Assembly: GCA_044344255.1 (NCBI GenBank)
Contig: JBIJDH010000020.1
Coordinates: 64,001 to 128,000, forward strand
DNA length: 64,000 bases
Reading direction: 5' to 3'
From: Myxococcota bacterium
GTDB lineage: Bacteria; Myxococcota_A; UBA796; UBA2385
Numbering within the stretch: the first letter of the stretch is position 1; every line of letters starts with the position of its first letter. The notes beneath the pieces are model-generated. The model was given only the letters and a program-made list of their open reading frames with translations, searched no databases and had not been told where the DNA came from. Shown piece after piece: positions 38,107 through 48,401 of the stretch. Position numbers and translations under genes: made by a program.

Positions 38107-39798
38107 TTGATGGTCGATTCACCGAAGACCCCGCCGCCTGAGCACCCCCTCCCCTGGGGTGGGCGCCTGCTCGTCGACCGAGGCCCCGTCGCCCTGGTCG
38201 CCCTGCTGGTGGGCCTCCTGAACGGTCGGGCGGTCCTCCAGACCGGCGCCCTGCCCGGCTCCGCCGACATCCCCGTCGATGGTGCCCATGGGCTCTTCCT
38301 CTTCCAGGTGGTGGCGAACCGGCTCCGTGGGGAGGGGCCCCTCGGCCGGCTCGTCGAGGTCTGGCACCCCGTCGGCCGTCCCCTGGGCCTCGCCATCCAG
38401 AACGCAGTGGACGCTTCGCTCTCTGCCCCCCTGCTGTGGATCTTCGGCCCGGCCCGCGGCCTCTCGCTCTTCACCGCGCTGATGATGGCCAGCAATGCGC
38501 TGGCCGGGGGGTGGCTCGGTCGCCTGGTCGGGGGCAGCCCGGCCGCGGCCTTCGCCGGTGCTGTGACCCTCGGATTCTGCCCCTTCGCCTGGGATGAGGT
38601 GGAGTTCGGACGCACGACCCAGGCCTGGCTCGCCCCGATGGCCCTGGCGCTTGGGTACGCCTGGAAGTGCGCTGAACCACAGGGGCTCCCCTCCCGATCT
38701 CGGTCCGGCGTGGCGGCGGGCCTCGCCCTCGCCCTCTCGGGCTACGCCTACTGGTTCTACGGGCTCTTTGTGGCCCCCCTGGTGCTCGCCGTGGTGCTCG
38801 GTCGGTCGGGGCTCCGGGAGGGCGGCGCGCGGTTGCTCCCCCTGGTGGGCACCGCAGCCGCCTGTGTCCTCCCCTTTGTCGCCTGGGTCAGCCTGGCCTG
38901 GAGCGAGGTGCCGGGCTCGGGCGAGGCGGCGGGGCGCTTCGCGGTGGGGGCCGAATACCTCGCGGGGCTCCCTTGGTCCGCCTCCCGGGCCTCGGTCTAT
39001 GTGCCCCATGGGCTGTGGATCCTGGCGCTGCTCGCCCTCCGAGTCCGACCGCGTCGGGCGGCGGTCGTCCTGTCTCTGGCCACGCTGTGCCTCGCGATCT
39101 TCTCCCTCGGTCGGTCCATCGAGCTCGCGGGCTACCGCTTCTGGCTGCCCTATGCTTGGCTCCAAGAGCTCCCCGGCCTGCGCCGCTTCTGGTGGCCAAA
39201 CCGGGCCATCGCTGCGGTCACCGTGGGTCTCCTGCCGCTCGTGGCGTTACAACTTGGACGCCTGCGCGGGAGGTATCTGGCCATCGGCGTCCTCGGACTG
39301 CTGATATCTGTGGCTCAGTGCATCCGAGCCCCAGGCCTGCCCGGTATCTGGACAGCTCCGGCGGCGGGGAGCTGGACGGCGGCGCTCCCTGAAGGGGCCG
39401 TGCTGGTGCTCCCCATGACCCAGCCCGAGGCCGGCAAACGCGCGCTGGCGATGCAACCCTCGCATGGACGGTCGCTGGTGAACGGCATGAGCATGTGGGA
39501 GCGCTACCTCTGGCCTGCCGAGTGGACGGCCTGGCTGGCTGGTCAGCCCCTGGTGGAGGCCATCCTCGCGGTGGAGCATGGGAAGGACGGTGTGGCCACG
39601 ACGGATGGGGTGCGACGCCTCGCAGGGGCGGGTGTGGTGGGCATCGTGGTGGAGTCGGCGTGGATTCAGAGCCGCGTGCCGGGCTGGGATCCAACGGCGC
39701 TGCCGCGGCTCCTGAACCCGGTGCTCGGGGAGCCCCGCTGCCCGGCGGGGGAGCCGCAGTGCTGGTGGGCGTTGCCGGCGGGGGCGGGTGGCCGCTGA
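38107..39798 (+). CDS. Polytopic membrane protein, GT-C-like
   Basis: Many TM segments; WHPVG..L..NAVD, YWFYG, WWPNR; C-terminal GAVLVLP..MQPSHGR.LVNG. Paralog of 15906 and 41638. Confidence 0.7.
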   Translation: MMVDSPKTPPPEHPLPWGGRLLVDRGPVALVALLVGLLNGRAVLQTGALPGSADIPVDGAHGLFLFQVVANRLRGEGPLGRLVEVWHPVGRPLGLAIQNAVDASLSAPLLWIFGPARGLSLFTALMMASNALAGGWLGRLVGGSPAAAFAGAVTLGFCPFAWDEVEFGRTTQAWLAPMALALGYAWKCAEPQGLPSRSRSGVAAGLALALSGYAYWFYGLFVAPLVLAVVLGRSGLREGGARLLPLVGTAAACVLPFVAWVSLAWSEVPGSGEAAGRFAVGAEYLAGLPWSASRASVYVPHGLWILALLALRVRPRRAAVVLSLATLCLAIFSLGRSIELAGYRFWLPYAWLQELPGLRRFWWPNRAIAAVTVGLLPLVALQLGRLRGRYLAIGVLGLLISVAQCIRAPGLPGIWTAPAAGSWTAALPEGAVLVLPMTQPEAGKRALAMQPSHGRSLVNGMSMWERYLWPAEWTAWLAGQPLVEAILAVEHGKDGVATTDGVRRLAGAGVVGIVVESAWIQSRVPGWDPTALPRLLNPVLGEPRCPAGEPQCWWALPAGAGGR

Positions 39799-39825
39799 GA
39801 GACGGTGCGCGAGCTCGGTCGCGGC

Positions 39826-41523
39826 TCAAGGTCGAGGCGGCGGTGGCGGCGGTGGCAGCCGTGGCGGCGGCCCGGTCTGTGGAACGGCCGGCCCCGCGGC
39901 GCATCCCGGGGCGGGCTCCAGCAGCGGCGCGGGGTGCCCTCCGGGGTAACCGTCCCCAAGGGGATAGAGCGGGAGGCCGTACAGACACGCGGTGGAGACC
40001 CCCATCGCAGGGCCCCCCGAAGGCCTTGCCCGATAGACCTTCCAGTCCCCTGCCGCGAACACCTCGACCCAAGGCGCCTGCAGGATGACCCTCTCGCGGC
40101 TGACAATCCAGGTGCGCCAAGCGGGGTCGGGCCAGGTCTGCGGGACATCGGGCCGGCGCGGCGCCACCGGCGAGGGGAGCAGGCCGATGAGGGCTCCGGC
40201 ACGGGTCTCTCCCGCGAAGAGACTGTCGGGCTCGGCATGCTCGCGCACCCAGGTGGCCACGAGGTCGATCTCACCCAGCGCCGCCTGGTCTGTCCGCGCC
40301 CGCTCCGCCATCGACTGGAGCTGCGCCCACGACCAGGGCAGACCCCCGAGGACCAGGAGCCCTAGGACGAGGGTGGGGAGCCTGTCTCCGGCGAGGACAG
40401 CGCGAAGCCGACCCCCGCCCGCCCCGGCGCGAAACCGCTGCCCCAGGGGGCCCTCCCATGCCGCGAGGCCACCCCCGACCAGGGCCACCACGGCGGTGGG
40501 GCCGAGCACGAGGTAGTGCCGCCATTGGGTCCAGACGAGGGCCGCGGGGAGCAGGGTGGCCATCGGGACACCGAGGGCGAGGGCCTCCCTCCTTCGACCG
40601 CTGGCAAAGAGCGAGCCGAGGCCCACCAGACCGCCGAGCAGCAGCGGGCGCTCCGGCCCCGAGATCGAGAGGCCGCGCCAGATCATGCTGGGGATGAGGC
40701 CAATCCCCTGGGCATCGGCCCGAAAGTCGGCGGACATATCGGGGGGACCGGCGGAGGGGAGGAGACTGCCAGCGGCCAAAGCGAGGCTGTCCTTGAGGGC
40801 CGAGCCCGACTTGTCGAGGCTCCCGTTCCCGAAGAAGACGGGGCTCAACAGCTCGCCCGAGACGAGCCCGGAGGAGAGCTGCAGGCCAAGCAGCACCAGG
40901 AGAAGACGACCCAGCCGCTCCCGGATCGTGCCCGGCAGCAGCAGCGTCGCGACCGGGACGAGCAGGGCCACGACGAGCCCATGCTCCCGGGCCGACAGGG
41001 CGAGCCCCGCCGCCCCACCCCAGCAGAGGAAACGGCCGGGGCTGGGCGACTGTGTGGCGCGGAGTCCGGCCCAGGCGGTGAGCACCAGCGCGGCCCCCGT
41101 GAGGCACTCGGGCTGGATGAACCAGGCATAGGTCCAGAGGTGGGCGCCCGAAGAGGCGAGGGCAGCCCCGCCGACCATCGCCAAGGCCCGGCTGCGGGGA
41201 GTGGCCAGCAGCCGGGCGCTGCAGATCCCTGCGAGCAGCGCCGCGAGGCCGACGGCGGCCGCGTTCAGGAGAATGGAGCCTGGCACGACGGGCTCCGGGC
41301 CGAGGGCCCCGAGGAGCGTGGGGAAGAGGGGCGGGCAGCTCACGCTCGCGCCCGTGGACCGCACGAGGGCCGCGATGCTCCACAGGCCGGCGTCGGGGCC
41401 GAGGGGGAGGGTCACGACGCCGGCCCCACGGAGGCCCACCCCCAGGGCAAAGACGGAGGCGACGAGGGCGCCCAGTAGGAAGGGGCGCGTCGGAAGGGGG
41501 CTCGGGTTCGGGTCCGGCGACAC
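39826..41523 (-). CDS. Polytopic membrane protein, possibly GT-C/PMT-like
   Basis: GPD..W, CPPLFP, QPE, REHG and QWRHYL motifs with many TM segments. The GTG start at 41523 is inferred. Confidence 0.6.
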   Translation of the reverse strand: MSPDPNPSPLPTRPFLLGALVASVFALGVGLRGAGVVTLPLGPDAGLWSIAALVRSTGASVSCPPLFPTLLGALGPEPVVPGSILLNAAAVGLAALLAGICSARLLATPRSRALAMVGGAALASSGAHLWTYAWFIQPECLTGAALVLTAWAGLRATQSPSPGRFLCWGGAAGLALSAREHGLVVALLVPVATLLLPGTIRERLGRLLLVLLGLQLSSGLVSGELLSPVFFGNGSLDKSGSALKDSLALAAGSLLPSAGPPDMSADFRADAQGIGLIPSMIWRGLSISGPERPLLLGGLVGLGSLFASGRRREALALGVPMATLLPAALVWTQWRHYLVLGPTAVVALVGGGLAAWEGPLGQRFRAGAGGGRLRAVLAGDRLPTLVLGLLVLGGLPWSWAQLQSMAERARTDQAALGEIDLVATWVREHAEPDSLFAGETRAGALIGLLPSPVAPRRPDVPQTWPDPAWRTWIVSRERVILQAPWVEVFAAGDWKVYRARPSGGPAMGVSTACLYGLPLYPLGDGYPGGHPAPLLEPAPGCAAGPAVPQTGPPPRLPPPPPPPRP

Positions 41524-41637
41524 AGCAGATCCTAGGCTCGTGACTCGCCCGACCACTCTACCCGAGCGACGAGGTCGGGCGGCCCCCTGTGCTACCCTCC
41601 CAGGGTGCAGCCACCCCCGGAAGAGAGCGCGACCCTG

Positions 41638-43356
41638 ATGAGCCCCTCGCCCTCTCCGGGTGCCCTCTGGTCGCGGCGCATCCGGGTGGCTGTGGTCTAC
41701 CACCTGTTCGCCCTGCTCGTGCTGATGCCCTCTCTCGCCTCCGGGGGCCTGATCGGCCACCCGGATGTGGATGTCTGGAACCACGCCTGGGGCTTCTGGT
41801 GGTTCTGGGACAGCATCCGCCACGGCGCTCTGCCCCTGCGCACCGCGCTGCTCGGGGCGCCGGCCGGGGGGGTGCTCTACTACATCGATCCCGTCGGTGC
41901 CTTCATTGGTCTCCCGCTGACCGCCCTCTTCGGGCCGGCGGTCTCCTGGAATGCGGTGATGGTGATGCGCGTGGCGATGGCCGGCTGGGCCACCCATGGG
42001 CTCTGTCGCGCGCTCAGCGGTCCGGGGCCCCAGCCCTGGGTGGCGGGTATCGCGATGGCCAGCGCCCCCTACCTGCTCGTGGAGGTCGCCAACGGCATCT
42101 CCGAGGTCACCGATGTGGGCTGGGTGCCGCTCAGCTTGTGGGCCGCCGCACAGCTCCAACGCCGGGGAGGGCGCCGAACAGCGGTCCTGCTCGGCCTCTC
42201 GGTCGGCATGTCCACCCTGGCCTGCTTCTATTATGGGCTGCTGGCCGCTCTACTCGTCGGCGGGCTCCTGATCGTGCCCCTGCTCCGGCGCCGCCTCCCG
42301 CTCCCCGACATCGCCCTGGCCGCCCTCCTGGCCCTGGTTGTGGGGCTACCGGGGCTGTTGCTGTTGCGCTGGTCCCTCCTTCAGCCCGACGCGCTCGTCA
42401 CCCGCAGCGCAGAGCTCAATCAGGTGCTCTTGGAGCACAACGCCGTCGATCCACGAGACCTCCTGCTGCCCTTTGGCTCCTTCCGGGTTGATTTTGCCGC
42501 CCGGTACGGCGAAGCCTTCCAGCACACCCTCTACCTCCGCTGGACGGTCCTCCTCCTCGCCGCCGCCGCGATATGGCGCTTTCGCCGTCCTACCCTGCCC
42601 TGGGCCCTGCTCGGCCTCGGCTCGGCGGTGCTCGGTCTCGGCGTGCTGCTCTACTGGGGGGGCGACTGGGTGCGCCTGGATGGCCGCCGGTTGCTCCTCC
42701 CCTTCGGCTGGTTGCAGAAGCTCGTCCCCGCCCTCGCGGTCACCCATCCGGCGCGCCTCGGGCTCGGGGCTGTGGTGATGAGCGCGGTGCTGGCCGGCTG
42801 GGGCCTCGCGGGCAAGGGGCGCTGGGCCTTGCTCGCCATACCCCTACTCCTCGGGGAGAGCCTGCTCGCGGGGGCGGTGCGCTGGCCCCTCCCGGCCTCA
42901 CCCACGGCGGTGCCGGAGATCTATACGACCATCCGCGAGGAGGCTGACCCCCGCGCCATCCTCGACCTCCCGGCCAACGTCGGGGGCACGATGGCCACGA
43001 GCCGCTACTTCTGGTTTCAAGCTGTGCATGGGCGGGCGATGCCATGGTTCCCGGACGCACATGCCGCCCATAACGGTGACATCGAGAGCATGCGCCTCTT
43101 CGAGCGCACCCCCGCCGGGGGGCCGCCTCCCGCCCTCCGACCGGCCTCGGTGGAGCGCCTCCGCAGAAACTACGGATGGATCCTGATCCACACGGAATTC
43201 TCAGACCGGGTGGGCACGACCGCCGAGCTCAGCTCCACCCTCGAGGCGGCCCTCGGGCCGCCCACCCACCAGGAGGGGGCCGGCCCGACGGAGCTCCGGA
43301 TCTGGCGCCTCCCCACCGCCAGCCGGACCGCGCCCGGCCGAGAGGATCGTCGATAG
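41638..43356 (+). CDS. Polytopic membrane protein, GT-C-like
   Basis: DVWNHAWGFWW..LPLRT.LL.AP.GG.LYYIDP; SAPYL; FYYG; HPARL; AILDLP..YFWFQAVHGR. Confidence 0.75.
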   Translation: MSPSPSPGALWSRRIRVAVVYHLFALLVLMPSLASGGLIGHPDVDVWNHAWGFWWFWDSIRHGALPLRTALLGAPAGGVLYYIDPVGAFIGLPLTALFGPAVSWNAVMVMRVAMAGWATHGLCRALSGPGPQPWVAGIAMASAPYLLVEVANGISEVTDVGWVPLSLWAAAQLQRRGGRRTAVLLGLSVGMSTLACFYYGLLAALLVGGLLIVPLLRRRLPLPDIALAALLALVVGLPGLLLLRWSLLQPDALVTRSAELNQVLLEHNAVDPRDLLLPFGSFRVDFAARYGEAFQHTLYLRWTVLLLAAAAIWRFRRPTLPWALLGLGSAVLGLGVLLYWGGDWVRLDGRRLLLPFGWLQKLVPALAVTHPARLGLGAVVMSAVLAGWGLAGKGRWALLAIPLLLGESLLAGAVRWPLPASPTAVPEIYTTIREEADPRAILDLPANVGGTMATSRYFWFQAVHGRAMPWFPDAHAAHNGDIESMRLFERTPAGGPPPALRPASVERLRRNYGWILIHTEFSDRVGTTAELSSTLEAALGPPTHQEGAGPTELRIWRLPTASRTAPGREDRR

Positions 43357-43405
43357 GATCCAGGCGGGGCGGGCGGGCCCGAGGCTGAGCGGAGCGGCTC
43401 AGGCC

Positions 43406-44215
43406 CTATTTCGGTGGCGCCTCGGGGGCCTTCGTGTCCTTCCCCGCCTCACCCTCGACGGGCGGCTTCGGCGCCTTGGCGGCCTCCGCGGCGGGGTTCG
43501 GGGGCGGCGGCACGTTCTCGCCGGCCTTGGGCGTGCCGCCCGTCGGCGCCTTCATGTCCCGGACCTCCCAGGGGATCTTGTCATTCGACTTGTTCCCCTT
43601 GGAGCAGTCGATATCCTTCAGCTCGATGTCTTTGCCCACGATCTTGTCCACGGAGACCACGGCCACCACGTCGTCCGGGGAGGGGCCGTCTCCGCTCTGA
43701 TCGACGTTGACGATGAGGTAGAGCGCCTCGCTGAGGGTGGCGGGCGCCTTGACGCTGAAGGTGCCATCGGTGGTCTTGGCGATCTCCATGGCCTCGGGGA
43801 CGGTCTCTCCATCGCGCTTGCTCAGGCGCACGAAGTCGATCTGCGCGGCGGTGGCGTCTTTGAGGGTGCCCGAGAGGGTGATGAGCTTGCCGTCTTTGGC
43901 GAGCGAGGCGAGACCAGGGATGGTCACGTTCGGGTTACCCTCAGCAGGAGGCTGGGTCTCAGAGAGCGAGGGATCACCACCGGGGGGAGGTGCCGAGCCG
44001 TCTGCGGGAGCACCATCCGGCCCACCTGCGGCGGGGGGAGCGCCGCCCTCCCCACCCGGGGGCTGACCAGGGGCCCCGCCGGGCTGACCACCGGGCGCGC
44101 CAGGAGCGGCAGGCGGGGGACCCACGGGCTGGCCGGTCGAGGCCTCATCGGGGGGCTGGGGACATGCGGCCAGGAGGGCCAGCAGGGCGCAAGAGGCGAG
44201 CACATGAAGACGCAT
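43406..44215 (-). CDS. Pro-rich lipoprotein
   Basis: LAAC lipobox, Pro/Gly linker and a small beta domain (VDQSGDGPSPDD). Confidence 0.75.
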   Translation of the reverse strand: MRLHVLASCALLALLAACPQPPDEASTGQPVGPPPAAPGAPGGQPGGAPGQPPGGEGGAPPAAGGPDGAPADGSAPPPGGDPSLSETQPPAEGNPNVTIPGLASLAKDGKLITLSGTLKDATAAQIDFVRLSKRDGETVPEAMEIAKTTDGTFSVKAPATLSEALYLIVNVDQSGDGPSPDDVVAVVSVDKIVGKDIELKDIDCSKGNKSNDKIPWEVRDMKAPTGGTPKAGENVPPPPNPAAEAAKAPKPPVEGEAGKDTKAPEAPPK

Positions 44216-44422
44216 GCGGACTCCGTATTCCGATGGGTTTTACGCCCCCGGCCACCCGATGTCAACCGCCGGTCAGCGGCCTGGGTCCCGCGGGTCCCCT
44301 CGAAGCGGACGACCCGCTCCTTCGTCGGGATCGGCCCGAGCACCTTCACCGGCGCAGTCATCGCGCCGATCTCACAAGGCCCTGACCTCGATTCGAAGGG
44401 ACCTGGATATCATGATCCGCGT

Positions 44423-45913
44423 ATGCCCAAGAGTCGCCTCGTCGCTACCCGTCGCCTCGCTCGCAGCCTCATCCGCTGCTCGTCCTCGCTGTTTTCGGCG
44501 ACGCTCTTGTCTTGTCTCGTCGCCTGCGGCTCTTCTTCCGAAGAGGCCACCTCGGCTGTTCAGCCAGACCTCATCCTCTTTCTGGTGGACGGCCTGCGCG
44601 ACGGCGCGGGCCCCCTCGGTAGGGCCGCCGATGCGCTTCGCGCAGAGCTCGACGATGAAGGCAGACATCGGTTTACGGCCGCTTATACGCAGTCGATTGA
44701 GCCCTATGTGGCGCTTGGCTCGCTCCTCAGCGGACGGTACCCCTCCGCCATTCCGCTCTGCGGACGCCCCCACTATACGGGGCGGGAGTCCGCCGATCCC
44801 TGGTGCCTCCCGCTGCCCGAGCCGGTGCATACCCTCCCAGAGGTGCTCGGCTACTACGGATACGAGACCGCATTTTTCAGCACGGTGGCCCCGGATCACC
44901 CTAGCCTCATCCGCGGCTTCGGTACGAAGGGCGTACCCGATCCGGGAGCGGCGAACACCGAGCTCACCGTGCTTCATCAGTCGGCGCAGGTCTGGTGGGA
45001 GGCCCACGCGGGGGCGCCTCGCCTCCTTGTGGTGCAGGCCCCCCTCGATCTCGGCTCTCTTCGCCCCTTGATCCTCGACATCGACCATGGCGCCTTCGCC
45101 ACGGCCTGGGGCCAAGAGCGGGCCAATCCCCTGCCGAACACCGATCCCGACCGGTACAAGCAGCCCTATGGCGGCGACGCGCCGGATTGGAGCCGAGTGG
45201 ACCAGGCCTATGATGCCCTCGCTGCCGAAGCCGGTGCGGGTATCCAGAGCCTCCTCAGCTCCTTGTCCGATCTGGGCACCGAGGTCGAGCGGCCACGCTG
45301 GGTTGTCACCACATCCCTCCGCGGCGTATCGCTCGGCGAGCTCAGCGGAACCGAACACGCCGAGCAGCTCGTCCCCGCAGAGGCCAGCCTCCTGCTGGAG
45401 CGGACCGTGCACGTCCCCTTGGATGTGTACCATGAGGGGGGCTCTGAGGACACGGTGGATTACCCGGTAGAGCTGGTCGATATCGCGCCCACCTTCTATG
45501 CCCTCGGCCAGGCTGTGCTCCCCGTGGAGGGAGCCGGCCAGGATCTCCTTGGCCCGGCACCCGCCTCACCCCGGGCCTACGCCGAATACGGCGACATGCT
45601 CCTCCTTCGAAGGGGGACCGATCTGGTCAACTTCCGCGCCGAGCGCCATGGCACGAGCAGCCTCAGCCCCACCCTGACCTTGGCCCTCGTCGATCCTCAG
45701 CACACCGAGCGGCCGGGCACCTTTCGTCTGAGCCGGGTGAGCACCGATCCCAACCAGGAGCATGACCTCTCCCGCTCCAACGAGGCGTCGGTCAAGATGT
45801 TTCAGGCCGAGCTCGTTGAGATTCGCCAGGGAGTCGGCGCGCCTCCGCCGGATGCGCTCACCCCGGAGCGGGTGAAGCAGCTCCAGGATCTCCGCGCCAA
45901 TGGATACTGGTAG
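44423..45913 (+). CDS. Degenerate sulfatase-like / alkaline phosphatase superfamily lipoprotein
   Basis: LVAC lipobox; ILFLVDGLR; SLLSGRYPS; TLPEVL..GYETAFF; HVPL; VELVDIAPT; ends LRANGYW. Confidence 0.7.
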   Translation: MPKSRLVATRRLARSLIRCSSSLFSATLLSCLVACGSSSEEATSAVQPDLILFLVDGLRDGAGPLGRAADALRAELDDEGRHRFTAAYTQSIEPYVALGSLLSGRYPSAIPLCGRPHYTGRESADPWCLPLPEPVHTLPEVLGYYGYETAFFSTVAPDHPSLIRGFGTKGVPDPGAANTELTVLHQSAQVWWEAHAGAPRLLVVQAPLDLGSLRPLILDIDHGAFATAWGQERANPLPNTDPDRYKQPYGGDAPDWSRVDQAYDALAAEAGAGIQSLLSSLSDLGTEVERPRWVVTTSLRGVSLGELSGTEHAEQLVPAEASLLLERTVHVPLDVYHEGGSEDTVDYPVELVDIAPTFYALGQAVLPVEGAGQDLLGPAPASPRAYAEYGDMLLLRRGTDLVNFRAERHGTSSLSPTLTLALVDPQHTERPGTFRLSRVSTDPNQEHDLSRSNEASVKMFQAELVEIRQGVGAPPPDALTPERVKQLQDLRANGYW

Positions 45914-46768
45914 GTGCGACCGCGCAGGAAGCACGTGCTGATCGGCCTCATCGTCGTGGCTTTGTTGGGCCTCGGGACCGTCGGGCTCCTGCGCCAGGCT
46001 GGTTGTTTGAACAGGGCTCGGGGAGCGCCCATCATCCGGCGCCCCTTCGCCCCGGGCTCTGTTCTCGACCTGGCCGGCTATAAGATGGTCCGTATCGAGG
46101 CTGGGGAATTCAAGATGGGGAGCCCGGAGGCCGAAGCGGGGCGATACACCGACGAGAGCCTCCACCCGGTGAGGCTCAGCCACCCCTTTCTGATCGGCAG
46201 CACCGAGGTCACCGCCGGGCTCTGGCGGCGGGCCGCCATGAACCCCCGGACGGAGCAGGCGGCGGTGGACCCTCGAATGGCGGTGCCTTACGTCGACTGG
46301 TTCGCGGCCATTCAGTTCTGTCAGGGGCTCTCCCAGCTCGAAGGGCTCGATCCCGCCTACAAGATCACCCCCCACGATGCCCAAAAGGGGGAGGTGAGCG
46401 ACACCGTGATCCCCATTCCCGGCGCCACCGGTTACCGCCTCCCCACCGAGGCAGAGTGGGAATATGCAGCCAGGGCCGGCTCGCAGGGCCTGTATGGCGG
46501 CGACCGCTCCCGGGTGAACGCCTGGGGGCTCTACGATATGAGCGGCAACCTCTGGGAGTGGGTATGGGACCGGCCGGGCCCCTACCCCTCGAGCGCCACC
46601 GACCCCAGCGGGGCGGAGCACGGGCTCTTCCACATCCTCCGCGGTGGCTCCTGGCGCAGCCCGGCCCGACAGCTGCGGGCGGCGATGCGCGGTTGGAGCC
46701 CCCTCTTTGTCTCCGATGAGACCACGGGCTTTCGCATTGCGCGCAGCCTGCCGGAGCAGTCGGCTTAG
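45914..46768 (+). CDS. FGE-sulfatase (SUMF1/EgtB/PvdO) domain protein
   Basis: FKMGS, TEVT, YRLPTEAEWEYAAR, NAWGLYDMSGNLWEW, RGGSW and GFR. Confidence 0.9.
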   Translation: MRPRRKHVLIGLIVVALLGLGTVGLLRQAGCLNRARGAPIIRRPFAPGSVLDLAGYKMVRIEAGEFKMGSPEAEAGRYTDESLHPVRLSHPFLIGSTEVTAGLWRRAAMNPRTEQAAVDPRMAVPYVDWFAAIQFCQGLSQLEGLDPAYKITPHDAQKGEVSDTVIPIPGATGYRLPTEAEWEYAARAGSQGLYGGDRSRVNAWGLYDMSGNLWEWVWDRPGPYPSSATDPSGAEHGLFHILRGGSWRSPARQLRAAMRGWSPLFVSDETTGFRIARSLPEQSA

Positions 46769-46808
46769 GTCCCTTGCCCAGGACGGGACACCGAGCGGGT
46801 GGCCCAGT

Positions 46809-47924
46809 TCACCTTCTGGGTCCGGGGTCGTCCTGAATTAGTCCCCCAGGGGGCCCCCTGGGAGGCTCACCGGGGCGGGAGGCCATATCCGCCTCGATCG
46901 CGGCGGCCACCACGGCCGCGGCCCTCCTGGAGCCCGGCTCTCGAAAATGAGTGGAATCTCCCCAGTTCTCGGGCTCTGGCCCCACCGCGGCCCGCACGTC
47001 CGCGAGGGGGAGACCTCGATTCCGGGAGAATTCGACCAAGATATCATTGTACTGGGCGAAGGCGTCGATCGCCCCTTCGGGGGAGAGGTCGAGCATCCCC
47101 GCGGTCTCAGCCACCGACCGTCGCGCGGCCTCTCCGGTCTCTCCGGGGGCGGCGCGCAGCGCGTGGGTCGCCAGCACCGGGCGCGCGCCGAAGCGCAGGA
47201 TGAGGTTCACCGCCTCGTCGATTCGCCGTCGCAGCTCCCCTCGCTGAGGCTCGCTCAATCGGCGCGGCGAGCCCATGAGGCCGGGGGGCGCCCGTTGCGG
47301 GATGATCCGCTCGAGGAAGCGCGGAAGAGGCCAGCCAGCGAAGAAGGCTGGAACATAGCTGCTCTTCGGTGGGCCCGGGATGGTGAGCACGCTCCGGAGC
47401 TCATTCGGACCCTGATAGAATACGACATATCGTGGACGAACGGTTGGACTCCATGCCTCGAGATCAACGAGGTTGTTTAGCAGGAGCTCCCCCGGGATGC
47501 CCGCGTTGACGACCTCGGTGGCGCCGATTCGCCCCTGGAGCTCCTGTCCCATCAGGGCAGGCCAGGCCTCGTCGTCGTTTCGGGCATAGATATCGAAGGT
47601 GGTCGACCCACCGAAACACCAGACTCGGGTGACCGGGTCTGTACGGTCAAGCTGGGGGTTCGGCTCTCGAAAGCCCATCGGACCGATATGAATTCGATAG
47701 AGCCACCCATCCAACTTTGCCCCAGGCTGGAGCTGATTTCGCCCTGCCTTTCGCATATACAGGCCAAGCGGCTTTCCATCGATCGACACCGCGCCATAGG
47801 CCAGATATTCACCCACCGCCACGAGCCCGTTCAGGCCGAGGAGGAGGATGACCAGGGAGACCGTGGCAAAGATGAACCGTCGGGAGAGACTGGGAGAGGA
47901 GATGTCGAGGGGTCGCTTGGACAA
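46809..47924 (-). CDS. SGNH/GDSL family protein with N-terminal TM anchor
   Basis: FGGSTTF, NAGIPG, GPNE and DSTH. Confidence 0.82.
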   Translation of the reverse strand: MSKRPLDISSPSLSRRFIFATVSLVILLLGLNGLVAVGEYLAYGAVSIDGKPLGLYMRKAGRNQLQPGAKLDGWLYRIHIGPMGFREPNPQLDRTDPVTRVWCFGGSTTFDIYARNDDEAWPALMGQELQGRIGATEVVNAGIPGELLLNNLVDLEAWSPTVRPRYVVFYQGPNELRSVLTIPGPPKSSYVPAFFAGWPLPRFLERIIPQRAPPGLMGSPRRLSEPQRGELRRRIDEAVNLILRFGARPVLATHALRAAPGETGEAARRSVAETAGMLDLSPEGAIDAFAQYNDILVEFSRNRGLPLADVRAAVGPEPENWGDSTHFREPGSRRAAAVVAAAIEADMASRPGEPPRGPPGGLIQDDPGPRR

Positions 47925-47953
47925 GCGGGGCCTCTGTCGAAGGGTCGGATGGG

Positions 47954-47989
47954 GTTAGAGACCACAGATGAGTTAGAGACCACAGATGA
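47954..47989. repeat. Perfect 18-bp tandem duplication GTTAGAGACCACAGATGA x2, copying the end (ICGL*) of the cytochrome c gene
   Basis: Units at 47954-47971 and 47972-47989. Confidence 0.95.
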
Positions 47990-48401
47990 GATAGATATTG
48001 AGCAGATATTTCTCATCGTCGGTGAGCCCACCGGCGGGAGGCATGTCCTCCTGCTCCAACATGCGCACGATGATCCGTTCCTTCCAGGTACGGATGTCGG
48101 CCTCTGTGTCAAAGGTCACCGCTTCTGGGGCCCCGTATCGTTTCGGTGTATCGGTCGCATGGCAGCCCTCACAATGGGCCAGAAATTTCCCTTGTGCGTA
48201 CCCCTCCCAGGTGACCGCCGGCGCGCTCTCGCAGTTGTTGGTGGCGGTGTCATCGGCGCCCGCGCTGTCACCCCGGGTGGAGGCGCTGTCCTCGGGCGTC
48301 GCGGTGCCCGCCCCGGCAGCGCAGCCAACCAGACCGGCGCCCAACAAGACCGCGCACAAGGAGGGCGCTCCCGGTCGCTGCGGCTCAGGCGATGGCGGCA
48401 T
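47973..48401 (-). CDS. Small monoheme cytochrome c lipoprotein
   Basis: LVGC lipobox; CEGCH; MPP axial-Met motif. Confidence 0.8.
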   Translation of the reverse strand: MPPSPEPQRPGAPSLCAVLLGAGLVGCAAGAGTATPEDSASTRGDSAGADDTATNNCESAPAVTWEGYAQGKFLAHCEGCHATDTPKRYGAPEAVTFDTEADIRTWKERIIVRMLEQEDMPPAGGLTDDEKYLLNIYLICGL

